Source of the DNA: a virus
Taxonomy: Duplodnaviria > Heunggongvirae > Uroviricota > Caudoviricetes
Strand: one strand, 5' to 3'
IMG/VR virus record: IMGVR_UViG_648231705_000004
DNA: 38,728 nt
Shown here: in pieces, positions 1-8,774 of the stretch
How positions within the stretch are numbered: the stretch's first letter is position 1
Layout: each line of letters begins with the position of its first letter
Made by a program: the position numbers and the translations under genes
Notes under the pieces: model-generated
What the model was told of the DNA's origin: nothing
What the model saw: the letters and a program-made list of their open reading frames with translations, nothing else
The model's database searches: none

Positions 1-162
1 ATGACTACTCAAAACAATAAGCATGATAGCCTGGATTACTCAGAAAAGCCCAAAAGCAAGCACATCGTGACGTTCGAGCGCGATTCCGGTAGAAAAGGAG
101 AATCGTCTTCCTCTGCCAATAAAACCACTATGCCGGCAGCCCCTGCCCCAGGGAAAAAATAA
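1..162 (+). CDS. hypothetical small hydrophilic protein (53 aa); could be 3' part of a longer gene
   Basis: ATG at window position 1, open to TAA at 160-162 (below the ORF-track size cutoff). No upstream context visible; convergent with the membrane-protein gene. Confidence 0.35.
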   Translation: MTTQNNKHDSLDYSEKPKSKHIVTFERDSGRKGESSSSANKTTMPAAPAPGKK

Positions 163-165
163 ACA

Positions 166-798
166 TCATTCATCGTTCGTTGCACGAACGCGCCTGATCT
201 CCACTCTGGCAATCTGATCTGCTGGAATATAGGTTGCCAGAGCTCCCCAGTACTTATCAACCACGCCTTTATACTCTTCCCATTCGTTACTGCCTGAAGG
301 GCTGCTGTGCGTGACGTAAAGAACCATATCGCCTTTATTCCCCAGGGTAAACGGACCGTTAGGCCACTCTTCAAAGTTCCCTGGCAGCCGTGACATCATA
401 CCGGAACCATCGCGAAGAATCACTCTGACCTCGGTAACGCTGAAGCCTGTTTGATCAAACATTGCCTGCCATGCTGAGCTGGTATCGTCAGACCATGAAA
501 TATCATTATTCCACAGTAATCTGTACATCCATTTGCGACCGTACCTGCGCCACCACGCACCGCATGTAACGGCACACAGAAGTGCTGGTGGTGTTGCCAG
601 CCAGGCATTCAGACCTGCCCACATAACAGCCTGGTAAGCCATCATTGCTGTCAGGCCAAAAATCAGCGAAGAAAAAGTCACCTCAATGGGCTTGTGGTGA
701 TCCTTCAGTCCCACATTCGCAATAAAATACCCAATATAGCCACTGGTCAGGGTCACCAGTGTTGCCCATGGCAGATTTAACAACGAAACGTCAAACAT
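166..798 (-). CDS. membrane protein of unknown function (about 3 predicted TM helices plus ~110-aa C-terminal soluble domain); candidate moron
   Basis: ORF 166..876(-); internal ATG at 798 preceded by GGGAG (cagggagaaaatATG). Hydrophobic N-terminal segments. Lies downstream of the terminator that follows the Mor-like gene. Confidence 0.6.
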   Translation of the reverse strand: MFDVSLLNLPWATLVTLTSGYIGYFIANVGLKDHHKPIEVTFSSLIFGLTAMMAYQAVMWAGLNAWLATPPALLCAVTCGAWWRRYGRKWMYRLLWNNDISWSDDTSSAWQAMFDQTGFSVTEVRVILRDGSGMMSRLPGNFEEWPNGPFTLGNKGDMVLYVTHSSPSGSNEWEEYKGVVDKYWGALATYIPADQIARVEIRRVRATNDE

Positions 799-835
799 AT
801 TTTCTCCCTGCATCCTGAATACTAAAGAGAGAGCA

Positions 836-870
836 TAAAAAAAGCACGGTAAGGGGTCTACCGTGCTTTT
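836..870. terminator. bidirectional Rho-independent terminator after the early operon
   Basis: A-tract, stem GCACGGTA / TACCGTGC with 7-nt loop, then T-tract; reads as a terminator on both strands. Confidence 0.55.
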
Positions 871-912
871 ATACAATAAGGAGATTTTTGAAAGGACTTT
901 AACAAGCAGGAA

Positions 913-1311
913 TTATCTGGATTTGTTAACGTCTTTCGTCTCCTCTGGCAGATCTTCATCAAACAACCTGCCCTGCATCCGATCCAGTTCTTCTTTTCTG
1001 ACCCGCTTAACCACGCTGTAGACCCACTGAAGCGAAACACCAAACTTGCGGGCCAGTTCGTGGTGGTTGCGTCCGTTAAACTCCCTGAAGATTTCCCGGT
1101 CGCGCTGACTGACCTTCCATACCATGCCCATCGGGAAATAAACATTTTGCCCGCCCCAGACCTGCATCATTCGGTTCGCGACGGCCTGACCAATCTGGTC
1201 GGCAATTGCGGGCTCAATATCAATAATCTCGCGAACGGTCTCAGAGGTATGCTGTGCCAGCTCCACCAGGAGTTCCGGCCCTTTACTTCGAAACTGATTC
1301 AGGTCGCTCAT
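913..1311 (-). CDS. mor: Mor/C-family transcriptional activator (middle/late gene activator)
   Basis: 132-aa ORF; C-terminal HTH region ...NGRNHHELARKFGVSLQWVYSVVKR typical of Mor family; GGGAG RBS 6 nt upstream; last gene of the early operon. Confidence 0.8.
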   Translation of the reverse strand: MSDLNQFRSKGPELLVELAQHTSETVREIIDIEPAIADQIGQAVANRMMQVWGGQNVYFPMGMVWKVSQRDREIFREFNGRNHHELARKFGVSLQWVYSVVKRVRKEELDRMQGRLFDEDLPEETKDVNKSR

Positions 1312-1735
1312 GTTTGACTCCCGCAGCTCTGCGCTGCCACTTCTTCAGTTTCTCAATAACACTGCTTGCCTGTTCAGTACTGAGCCAGCGCAGGGCGCTG
1401 ATGCCCGTTTCCCGCTTGATCCACCGCGCTAATGCATTTTCTGAACGGTCACGAACAATGCCGGCAGCAGCCATTTCAAGCCATAGCGCACGGATTTTCC
1501 TGGACTGCGGATGGTTATCCAGCGGTAAACCGGAGCTGGCTTTTCCGGCAGGCTTAACGCGAAAGCCTTTCCTTTTCATGGATTCCAGCACGCAGTTTAG
1601 TTGTGTGGTATCCATTCCTTTGGTTGAGGCTTTACCGGTCAGCCCCTGTAACATCTGGCGGTAGGTGTCTTCATCCATACCCAGTTCATTACGGGCAATA
1701 TGAATGAGCTGGATAAGACGTTGTTTAGTCATCAT
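1283..1735 (-). CDS. GemA-like protein (Mu gp16 family)
   Basis: ORF 1283..1774(-); likely start ATG 1735 preceded by AGGAG; basic C-terminal region with ...RKIRALWLEMAAAG... resembling Mu gp16/GemA proteins. Confidence 0.65.
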   Translation of the reverse strand: MMTKQRLIQLIHIARNELGMDEDTYRQMLQGLTGKASTKGMDTTQLNCVLESMKRKGFRVKPAGKASSGLPLDNHPQSRKIRALWLEMAAAGIVRDRSENALARWIKRETGISALRWLSTEQASSVIEKLKKWQRRAAGVKHERPESVSK

Positions 1736-1940
1736 CGTTGCTCCTTTTACCTGCGCCACCGATATAATCGACATATAAAGGAAGCGCCACAGGCCAGCAC
1801 AGGAACATCACCGACCAGCTAATCCAGTAGCCAGCACCACTGTAACGTGAATAAAACCCTGAACGGCGGTGCAGTTCAGCAGTACACCAACCGACAAAAC
1901 AATACCAGAACAGGGCACATACAACAGATTCAGCCGTCAT
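1725..1940 (-). CDS. small membrane protein (2 predicted TM helices)
   Basis: Internal ATG (1940) of ORF 1725..2096(-) preceded by a G-rich stretch; two hydrophobic segments; tightly packed in early operon. Confidence 0.35.
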   Translation of the reverse strand: MTAESVVCALFWYCFVGWCTAELHRRSGFYSRYSGAGYWISWSVMFLCWPVALPLYVDYIGGAGKRSNDDD

Positions 1941-2160
1941 TCTGAATATCCCCCCAACTGATATGAATATTACGGGCAGCAATGACAGGGTCGTTATTCC
2001 ACCATGCACCTGACATGTATTTTTCAACCTGTTCGCGTCCGGCAATAACACCAATTGTGATCCCCGGCCTGACGTTCTTAAAAAAGGCGCGGGCAAAAAG
2101 GTATCTGGCAGATATTCGGCAGGCTTTTAATTTCCGGCTTTTACCTGATAGCGTAATCAT
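1930..2160 (-). CDS. hypothetical early protein (76 aa)
   Basis: ORF whose ATG overlaps the stop of the upstream gene (ATGA coupling at 2157-2160). Confidence 0.4.
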   Translation of the reverse strand: MITLSGKSRKLKACRISARYLFARAFFKNVRPGITIGVIAGREQVEKYMSGAWWNNDPVIAARNIHISWGDIQNDG

Positions 2161-2840
2161 CTGGCCTCCAGTTTCTGTTGTTCCTGCCCACTGACCGGGC
2201 GGTGCAGTCTGACGTTCTGCCCTTCAAGAAACCCCGCATAGCGCGAGGCGTCGCCATTGCGGCTTCTTCCCGGTTTACGCGCCCTGGTGGTTTGCGTCTG
2301 CGGGTATTTATGTTCCAGCCACTGCTGCATCAGTTCACGTTCGTCATCGGTCAGGGCGAAGGACTGTATTTCACTGATAACGGCCAGCACCCAGCCTTCA
2401 GCAAACTGGTCACCACGGCTGGTACGGGTGGCAGTTTTTATTCTTTTGTTCTGTGCGCTGATATATTGCTGACGCGCCTTTTTCAGCTGGCGGGCCAGCA
2501 CTTCCCAGGTGTACGCAGCCAGTGCAGCCCGTTCCCGGTTGCCGTAGAACCCCACACCCGGATATGTGCCGGGGTGAATGATGGAGTTAACACCAAATGC
2601 CTCGCGGATGATGTTCATCAGGCCCAGCATGTAGCGCGGTGGACGGAGGCTGCCTGTCGGCCAGTAGTGACTGATGGTTTCATCAATATCACTCATGGCG
2701 ATGTCGGAATGTGTGATGCCGTGAACATCCATCAGTTTACGGGCACGGCGCAGTGCCAGAGCGGCCTCGTGAGGGTTGCCGGATGCGGCCAGCGCCAGCA
2801 ACTTTTTCAGTTTCTCAATGTGTTTATCCTGGTCTGTCAT
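2157..2840 (-). CDS. conserved phage early protein (227 aa; N-terminus resembles DUF2786-type proteins)
   Basis: ORF with GGAG RBS; N-terminal motif IEKLKKLLALAASGNPHEAALALRRARKLM; start overlaps upstream stop. Confidence 0.65.
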   Translation of the reverse strand: MTDQDKHIEKLKKLLALAASGNPHEAALALRRARKLMDVHGITHSDIAMSDIDETISHYWPTGSLRPPRYMLGLMNIIREAFGVNSIIHPGTYPGVGFYGNRERAALAAYTWEVLARQLKKARQQYISAQNKRIKTATRTSRGDQFAEGWVLAVISEIQSFALTDDERELMQQWLEHKYPQTQTTRARKPGRSRNGDASRYAGFLEGQNVRLHRPVSGQEQQKLEAR

Positions 2841-3142
2841 TGTTCAGTATCTCCGGTGTACATGACGCCCAGCCGTGCGGCAAGGCGTTCCAGTTTTTTC
2901 TGTTTGTGGAAGTCAATCAGCCGGTCCATTCCCTGAAGGCGCAGCTGCTCTGTCATGATTTCCACGTCTGCCAGCTCTGCCGCGAGGTCACTTTCGCTGC
3001 CCTGTCCGTTCAGGTTGCGGGCGGCACTGGCCGCCAGTTCAGCGGCCTCTTCTGTCAGTTTCAGGGCCTGTGCGTCCGGCCCGAAACGCTGCAGGGCCAG
3101 ACGGTAGAGGGCGGTGCGGGTGAGTTCGGTGTTCCGTGTCAT
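2837..3142 (-). CDS. MazG-like nucleotide pyrophosphohydrolase-like protein (101 aa)
   Basis: Paired acidic helices LTEEAAELAASAARN...LAAELADVEIMTEQL resemble the MazG/HisE EExxE...ExxD signature; GAGGG RBS. Confidence 0.5.
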   Translation of the reverse strand: MTRNTELTRTALYRLALQRFGPDAQALKLTEEAAELAASAARNLNGQGSESDLAAELADVEIMTEQLRLQGMDRLIDFHKQKKLERLAARLGVMYTGDTEQ

Positions 3143-3151
3143 GCCGCGCCC

Positions 3152-3424
3152 TCAGTGTTTCCGGTCGACGGTGATGTGCAGGCCGCCTTCTGCAGTGGTT
3201 TCCATCCGGTACGGCACATCGTGCTCTGCCGTGTGGGTGAGTGTGTTCACCAGTACCTGCAGGGCAGCCGCCTTTCCGTTGGTCGCCACAATGGCCTGAG
3301 CGGTCATGCTGATTAGCGCCGTCAGGACGTGCTTCACATCGGTGAGGTCGCGGCATTCACACTCGTTGACATAGTGTTCAACAAGGGTTCGGGTGCGCTG
3401 TCGTGCTTCCTGTGGGGTAATCAT
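3152..3424 (-). CDS. hypothetical early protein (90 aa)
   Basis: ORF with GGAGG RBS; start overlaps stop of upstream gene (ATGA at 3421-3424). Confidence 0.5.
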   Translation of the reverse strand: MITPQEARQRTRTLVEHYVNECECRDLTDVKHVLTALISMTAQAIVATNGKAAALQVLVNTLTHTAEHDVPYRMETTAEGGLHITVDRKH

Positions 3425-3615
3425 TGCGAGTCCTCCCTGTCAGGGCGGGAGAATTCCATGACGGGCACGTCTGCCGAAAAATGCTGACTGCAGTACGGAC
3501 AGACCAGGGTGACGCGTACTGCAGGTACGTGGTACTTACCGGACATCACGGCGATGGCGCTGTGAAAACGCAGGGCTGTTATATCCCTCTCGCACTGAAT
3601 ACATTTAAATATCAT
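3421..3615 (-). CDS. small Cys-rich (zinc-ribbon-like) protein (64 aa)
   Basis: CxxC...CxxC pattern (CIQCE ... CPYCSQ); GAGGAG RBS upstream of ATG 3615. Confidence 0.5.
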   Translation of the reverse strand: MIFKCIQCERDITALRFHSAIAVMSGKYHVPAVRVTLVCPYCSQHFSADVPVMEFSRPDREDSQ

Positions 3616-3711
3616 GATTTAATTCTCCTCTGTTTCCGGCGTGCAGAAGCCCACGGCGCTGATGCCGGAATAAAAAAGAAAAGGCTGTTTTAAATAGCTT
3701 ATATGCTGTTT

Positions 3712-4242
3712 TTACTGCACATTCTGCTCAAAAGGAATTATTGAAAAATCCTCAATATCACTTTTTATGGTAATACCGGGAATATTTTTCACGGCGTCCT
3801 TTTCATTCAGGATGGCGTCTTTATTTATTTCCTCCTTTACACGGATAAAGCGCTCAAGCCCCAGACGTCTCAGTAATTCAATAACATTATCCGCCCCACG
3901 GATACTGACTGATGGCGGACGGTTTCGCCACTGCACCTCGCCGGTGGTGAGGTTAGCGAACTTCACCTTCCCGTTGCCGGTCAGTTCATTACGGTGTGCC
4001 TCACACCATGTCTGAATACCGGACTGCAGTTCGGCCATGCGTTTTTTCAGGCTCTCGGTGAGCGGGGCATAACGTGCGGTGATGTCGCCAATGGTGTCAT
4101 TCATTTCTGTTTCAGCCCTGACCAGTTCACGTTGCGCGTCACCAAGCAGTCTGATTCCCTCAATGACCTCTTCGCGTGTCCCCGGCACCCAGAGTGCTGC
4201 TGCGGCTTTGATACGTTTTGCCCCTTTTGTACTTTTTGCCAT
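3712..4242 (-). CDS. gam: host-nuclease inhibitor Gam (Mu Gam / Ku-like DNA end-binding protein)
   Basis: 176 aa; from memory, matches Mu Gam along its length (e.g. ...ETEMND...WCEA...VRPPSVSIRG...GITVKSDIEDFSIIPFEQ); GGAGGA RBS. Confidence 0.9.
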   Translation of the reverse strand: MAKSTKGAKRIKAAAALWVPGTREEVIEGIRLLGDAQRELVRAETEMNDTIGDITARYAPLTESLKKRMAELQSGIQTWCEAHRNELTGNGKVKFANLTTGEVQWRNRPPSVSIRGADNVIELLRRLGLERFIRVKEEINKDAILNEKDAVKNIPGITIKSDIEDFSIIPFEQNVQ

Positions 4243-4269
4243 ATTTTATGACTCCTCCTGTTGTGCTGA

Positions 4270-4539
4270 TTACCACAAAGATTCCGGCCACACGACGCGA
4301 CAGCCGTGCAGTTCGAAAACGCCCTGACGGAAATGTCCCCTGTGGTCATGACCGGTATACAGATAACAGGCCTTTCCCTGCTCAAGCATGCGCATGCAAT
4401 GCGCACTCCGGGAAACGCGGATGACAGGTTTGTTACCCCTGATGGTGATGCTTTGTACATCCGTGTTCGTCGCCTTAAGCGCCATAATGGCTGACTGCAC
4501 TTTGCTGATTTGCTGGTTGATACCTGTGGTGGATTTCAT
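4270..4539 (-). CDS. hypothetical early protein (89 aa)
   Basis: ORF starting 3 nt downstream of the B-gene stop, with AGGGG-type RBS; occupies the Mu kil-region position. Confidence 0.45.
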   Translation of the reverse strand: MKSTTGINQQISKVQSAIMALKATNTDVQSITIRGNKPVIRVSRSAHCMRMLEQGKACYLYTGHDHRGHFRQGVFELHGCRVVWPESLW

Positions 4540-4541
4540 TA

Positions 4542-5708
4542 TTAAACCCCTTTGACAACGTCAGCGTTGACCTGTGGAACCCCGATTTCAGCGGCCAGAT
4601 TCATGGCGGCTATTACCAGGTTACTGACGGCCAGCGGATACAGCAGGCTGACCATATTTTTACGATGACTTCCCGGATTGCTCAGGCGGGCACGTATGGC
4701 ATCCACTGCGCTGGCGTCCATAATGTCCGTCAGTTGTTTACCGGCCCGTTGCAGTTTGAACGTCAGAAACTCTTCAAGGTTATTGTCCAGAGGCAGAAGT
4801 TCGACCACCTCACAGCGCTGAACGACTTCACGGACTTCCATATTGCGTTCAGACAGTTTTGTCGCCAGTTCCGGCTGGCCAATCAGCACGATGGACAGCA
4901 GTTTTTTGAAACCGGACTCCAGCTCAAAAAAGCGTTTGAGGTGTTTCAGTGTCGGAATAGGCAGACTGTGGGCCTCCTCAATCACCAGAACGTGGCTGAA
5001 CCCCGCCTGGCTGCTGTCTTTCAGGACGCGATGCAACTGGCGAAAGCGGGCGTCCTGACTGCGTCTGATGCTTTCCAGTGGTGCGATGGTACTGATAATG
5101 GCTTCGGCAATCGCTGCTGCCTTCAGGGTTTTCCCTTTCACATCGTTGTCTTCCATAGCGATGATGTATGGCTCGATAACAATTACCGGCGCATTCTCGC
5201 GGTTGATACGTTCAGTCAGGTCGCGGCGCAGCGTGGATTTACCCGCACCGGACTCACCGATGACGGCCATAAACCCACCATGACGGGCTGTCTGGTACAA
5301 CGCCTCACGCACGTAGCGAATGTCCGGGGTGGTGAACACATCATCAGAACCCTGAATGGCTTCGTCGGCGAACGGGTCACGGAAAAGACCAAACGCTTTT
5401 TTGGTTGCTGGAAATAACACCTGTTTTTTGAGTAACATATTCTCTTCCTCACTGAGGCTCGTTTTATCTGTGGTACCCGCTGTACGGGGCGTGGCCGCGC
5501 CCTGTACAGCATCAAAACTCTTCGTTGTATCAATCCCCTGACTTTCCAGCCAGGACGCAAGACGCCGGCGCACTTCTCCGGGGCTGGTGCGGGGCCACGC
5601 GTTATGATTCACAATCTGGGCCAGCGTGGCCTCAGAAACATCGACAGCTCTCGCCACCACCGCCTGTGGAATACGGGCCTCTTTCAGTTGCTGCTTCAGT
5701 ACCAGCAT
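4542..5708 (-). CDS. MuB-like AAA+ ATPase (transposition target-DNA activator)
   Basis: ORF 4542..5747(-); likely start ATG 5708 with GGAGGG RBS; Walker A GESGAGKST; N-terminal HTH-like region; immediately downstream of the transposase as in Mu A-B. Confidence 0.88.
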   Translation of the reverse strand: MLVLKQQLKEARIPQAVVARAVDVSEATLAQIVNHNAWPRTSPGEVRRRLASWLESQGIDTTKSFDAVQGAATPRTAGTTDKTSLSEEENMLLKKQVLFPATKKAFGLFRDPFADEAIQGSDDVFTTPDIRYVREALYQTARHGGFMAVIGESGAGKSTLRRDLTERINRENAPVIVIEPYIIAMEDNDVKGKTLKAAAIAEAIISTIAPLESIRRSQDARFRQLHRVLKDSSQAGFSHVLVIEEAHSLPIPTLKHLKRFFELESGFKKLLSIVLIGQPELATKLSERNMEVREVVQRCEVVELLPLDNNLEEFLTFKLQRAGKQLTDIMDASAVDAIRARLSNPGSHRKNMVSLLYPLAVSNLVIAAMNLAAEIGVPQVNADVVKGV

Positions 5709-5718
5709 GTTTCCCTCC

Positions 5719-7488
5719 TCAGTTGCCGTTAACAATGCTGATAACACTGCTGCGGGCCGGTGTGGTCAGCGTGGCCATGACTTCATCCAGTGCGGCTTCC
5801 GGTACGCCGTCCGGGTACTGTGCCGTTAACTGGCGGTAATGTTCCGGCGTCCAGGTAAGGCCGTCGGCGCTGAACTTATCGCGCAGGGCTTTCGCGGCCT
5901 CCACATGAGTCATGGGACGTTGTTCAGTGCGCGGCCCGCGTACGTCAGAGGCCTGACCACGCTTCGGCATATAGGCCGGAAGTGTGGTGTCGTCGATATG
6001 TTTATACGGGTCAAGCCGCCCGCCGAACGGCAGCGCCTTCGCCTTGCGTGCGGCAGCTGCATCTGCGGCGTTGTCTGTACCGGTGACCAGCGCTTCGGTT
6101 TCTTTTGCCGCCATCTGCGCCGGGGTTTCCGGCAGGGCTTTGTAACTTTCGCCAAATACCGCCGCGCCTTCAGCAAAGCCAAACTCGTTCTTTCTGACCT
6201 CTTCGACCAGGAAGAACGTCTCGTGGCCGTCCTCACCGGTCAGAACCACCTGTGCCACATCGCTGCGCCACGGGTTACGGGTAATCATCAGTTTTTCACC
6301 AACCAGTACGCCCGGTACCGTTGATACGTCAAATTCAGTGCCCCGGAACGAGACACGAAGTTTTGGCGTGACTTTGCGGAGTTCTGGTGCCGCCACAGCC
6401 AGTTCACGGCATACCTCAACGGAAGGCGCTTTTTTCAGCTGCTCAGCAGTAATCTTCAGCCAGATATCCGTGCGGGTTTTACCGTGGCGGCTGTGAACAG
6501 CCGTGGCGTTAAAGTGGCTGCGCCATTTCGCGGCCAGCGCGTTGAGTTCTTCCAGACTGTGAACCGGCCGGAACTTCAGACCCGGCTCCAGCTTGCGTTC
6601 GATAATGTCACGCGCCTTTTCCACCTGTCCGGTGGCGCGGGCGTTATGCGGCTTGTGCGCTATCAGGTCAATGCCCAGTGAGTGGCACATGTTTTTCGTC
6701 ATACCCGCGGTGTTTGCCGAGCCGGGGTCGAGATAGAGTATTTTTGGCACGCCGTGCAGCACGTCTGCGCCGCCACGCTCCTGCATGGCGTTGATAAGCA
6801 CAGAACACAGGTTCTCACCGGATTCCGCACCCGTCACATACTCAACGTAAATCCAGCCGCTGGCATGGTCGGTAATCTCGTAACTCCACACGCGGTCACT
6901 GGCGATACGGGCAAGGTTAGCGGGTTTGTTCTTGTAGAACTTCGCGCTGTCCATCACCTGCAGCCCTTTGTGTCCATTGCTCAGGTAGTAAAGCGTGCAG
7001 AGAGAGGCATCAATCTGCCAGACATGATTGGGATGCAGACTGGCCACTTCGGTATGCGGCGCAGGGGCATCCAGTTGTTCCGGGTGCAGGCCATAGTTAC
7101 GCAGGGCTCGGCTGATGGCATCTTCGGACAACGGGAAAAACTCACCGGTGGTTTCATCTGTTCTGCCTGCGGTGATAAAGCCGTTAGCCCGCAGGGTTTC
7201 CACTGCATCTGCGATGGAATAGAGACGCTTACCGTTCTTGCGGGTGGCCTCACGCAGTGTGGCAGATATCAGCGCGGCTTCGTCGCGGGTCAGGGCGCTG
7301 CGCCCGGCATCGGCGCGTTTTTTGCGTTTATCAGTCACAGAGACCTCCTTCAGCCTGCGCAGCAGAGTGGCGCGGGACATGCCAAGTTCAGCACAGGCAG
7401 CGTCGTATATTGCACCGCGTTTACCATGCCCCGCGTCACGTGCCGCGCGGGCGACATAAACCAGTCGTTCAGTCAGGGCAGCATTCAT
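5719..7488 (-). CDS. DDE transposase (Mu A-like / rve integrase-core family)
   Basis: 589 aa; N-terminal HTH, central catalytic core with conserved acidic residues (HVWQIDAS..., ...LYLDPGSANT...); GGAGG RBS; followed by the ATPase gene. Confidence 0.92.
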   Translation of the reverse strand: MNAALTERLVYVARAARDAGHGKRGAIYDAACAELGMSRATLLRRLKEVSVTDKRKKRADAGRSALTRDEAALISATLREATRKNGKRLYSIADAVETLRANGFITAGRTDETTGEFFPLSEDAISRALRNYGLHPEQLDAPAPHTEVASLHPNHVWQIDASLCTLYYLSNGHKGLQVMDSAKFYKNKPANLARIASDRVWSYEITDHASGWIYVEYVTGAESGENLCSVLINAMQERGGADVLHGVPKILYLDPGSANTAGMTKNMCHSLGIDLIAHKPHNARATGQVEKARDIIERKLEPGLKFRPVHSLEELNALAAKWRSHFNATAVHSRHGKTRTDIWLKITAEQLKKAPSVEVCRELAVAAPELRKVTPKLRVSFRGTEFDVSTVPGVLVGEKLMITRNPWRSDVAQVVLTGEDGHETFFLVEEVRKNEFGFAEGAAVFGESYKALPETPAQMAAKETEALVTGTDNAADAAAARKAKALPFGGRLDPYKHIDDTTLPAYMPKRGQASDVRGPRTEQRPMTHVEAAKALRDKFSADGLTWTPEHYRQLTAQYPDGVPEAALDEVMATLTTPARSSVISIVNGN

Positions 7489-7491
7489 TGG

Positions 7492-8403
7492 TTATGCCTC
7501 CAGCCCGTTAATCTGTGGCGTCGGCTCAGTCAGCCATGAAGGCGCTGCATTGCCTGTTGGCTCGTCCGGCAGGTCAAATGTGGAGCGCAGGCTACGCGCT
7601 GTGCTTTCCAGTTGACAGACCAGGCCTGCCATGAAGTCTCTGGGGGTATCAATCATGTTTTCAGCACAATATGCGCACAGCGTCTCAAAAGCGCTGGACA
7701 GTCGAACGGCGATGGCAGATTCCGCCTCAACCGCTAACGCGGTCACTTCTGCCCGCAGTTTCTTCACCTCTTCATCAGGCTCAGGTGGCTGAATACGGGA
7801 TTTCTTCTCCAGTCTGGTGGAGAGTGAGTCTATTTTTTCATTTTTGTCGGCGAGTACGCGCTGTTGTGCTGCGTTGGTTTCGCGCGCTTCGCGCAGGGCC
7901 TGACGCAATTCACGTACTGACATGCGATCAACATCGTCAAGCGTCAGTCCGGCAACTGTGCCACCGTCGGCCAGTTCAGCAAGGTCGTCGTCATCTTCAG
8001 CAACAAGTTCAAATAATTTTGCCTTACCTAAAAGCGACAACGTTGTCGCTTTTGGCTCTAGTTTTGGTGAAAGGTATTTCAAAGATGCTTTCATCATTCG
8101 TTGTGCTGCGCGCACATGCAGACCAAGTTGTTCTTCTACAATTCCAACAAAGTCCCCGTGAGGTTCATTTTCTTTGAGAATAATAAGTCGTTTACCTGCT
8201 TCCAGCATGGCCTCAGCGCTCTGTGCCATATAAAACCGAGCCTCATGAACTATGCGATCACGCTCATAGGGCTGACCATCGCCAAACTGCTGCATGATCT
8301 CCATACGATGCTGTGTCATGGCGTTCAGACTGACATTGAGATCATCCGACAGCGGTACCTCGGCGTTCAGTTCAGTGTTAATCGGTGATTTGGTGCGTCC
8401 CAT
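7492..8403 (-). CDS. conserved Mu-like early protein (303 aa, HTH-like N-terminal region, acidic coiled-coil C-terminus)
   Basis: Strong AGGAG RBS; stop is 4 nt upstream of the transposase start; not present at this position in canonical Mu. Confidence 0.7.
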   Translation of the reverse strand: MGRTKSPINTELNAEVPLSDDLNVSLNAMTQHRMEIMQQFGDGQPYERDRIVHEARFYMAQSAEAMLEAGKRLIILKENEPHGDFVGIVEEQLGLHVRAAQRMMKASLKYLSPKLEPKATTLSLLGKAKLFELVAEDDDDLAELADGGTVAGLTLDDVDRMSVRELRQALREARETNAAQQRVLADKNEKIDSLSTRLEKKSRIQPPEPDEEVKKLRAEVTALAVEAESAIAVRLSSAFETLCAYCAENMIDTPRDFMAGLVCQLESTARSLRSTFDLPDEPTGNAAPSWLTEPTPQINGLEA

Positions 8404-8413
8404 TTATTACTCC

Positions 8414-8728
8414 TTACAAACGACTACCTGAAATGACACGTTGGTTGATTTCGTTAATGCGATCCTGTGCACGTGCCATCTCGTTACTGTGGGCCATAGC
8501 GATCTGCAGTAACTGGATGCCCGGCGCGAAACGCCCGTTTTCCAGTTTCAGGGCCAACCCTTCTTCAATGAGGGTGTTGAGTGCCCGGTTGATGTTTGCC
8601 GGTGACTCGTGCAGTGCTGCCGCCAGTTCACCGTTGGAAATACCGTTCAGGGCATGACCGCGCAGCGCTTTGAGTACCCGGAGGATGCGACTGCCGGAGC
8701 TTGAAACATTCGTCTTACTCATCTGCAT
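8414..8728 (-). CDS. putative winged-helix DNA-binding regulator (104 aa; start may be ATG 8722)
   Basis: HTH-like segment ...ISNGELAAALHESPANINRALNTLIEEGLA...; second ATG has better SD spacing. Confidence 0.6.
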   Translation of the reverse strand: MQMSKTNVSSSGSRILRVLKALRGHALNGISNGELAAALHESPANINRALNTLIEEGLALKLENGRFAPGIQLLQIAMAHSNEMARAQDRINEINQRVISGSRL

Positions 8729-8774
8729 ACCTCTTTTGCGATATGTGATAACCTTTTACAAAGACTCAAAATCT

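Noticed and set aside
36-374. 112-aa minus-strand ORF
   Set aside because: Overlaps, in a different frame, the protein-like C-terminal domain of the 166..798 membrane-protein gene and is antisense to the 1..162 ORF; no RBS and low-complexity product.
582-589. Chi-like octamer GCTGGTGG
   Set aside because: Chi sites are frequent in enterobacterial DNA; a single occurrence inside a coding region is not informative.
1-900. Prophage left end / attL within the window
   Set aside because: No inverted copy of the right-end CATTTATCGC motif and no rstB 5' sequence in the first ~900 bp; the left end is presumably upstream of position 1.
2178-2936. 252-aa plus-strand ORF
   Set aside because: Antisense to a well-supported minus-strand early gene (2157..2840) with RBS and operon context; no start signal of its own.
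4665-5417. 250-aa plus-strand ORF
   Set aside because: Lies entirely antisense within the MuB-like ATPase gene, whose Walker A motif validates the minus-strand frame.
6682-7539. 285-aa plus-strand ORF (and 5839..6324, 5910..6236)
   Set aside because: Inside or antisense to the transposase gene; a GC-rich open frame without initiation signals.
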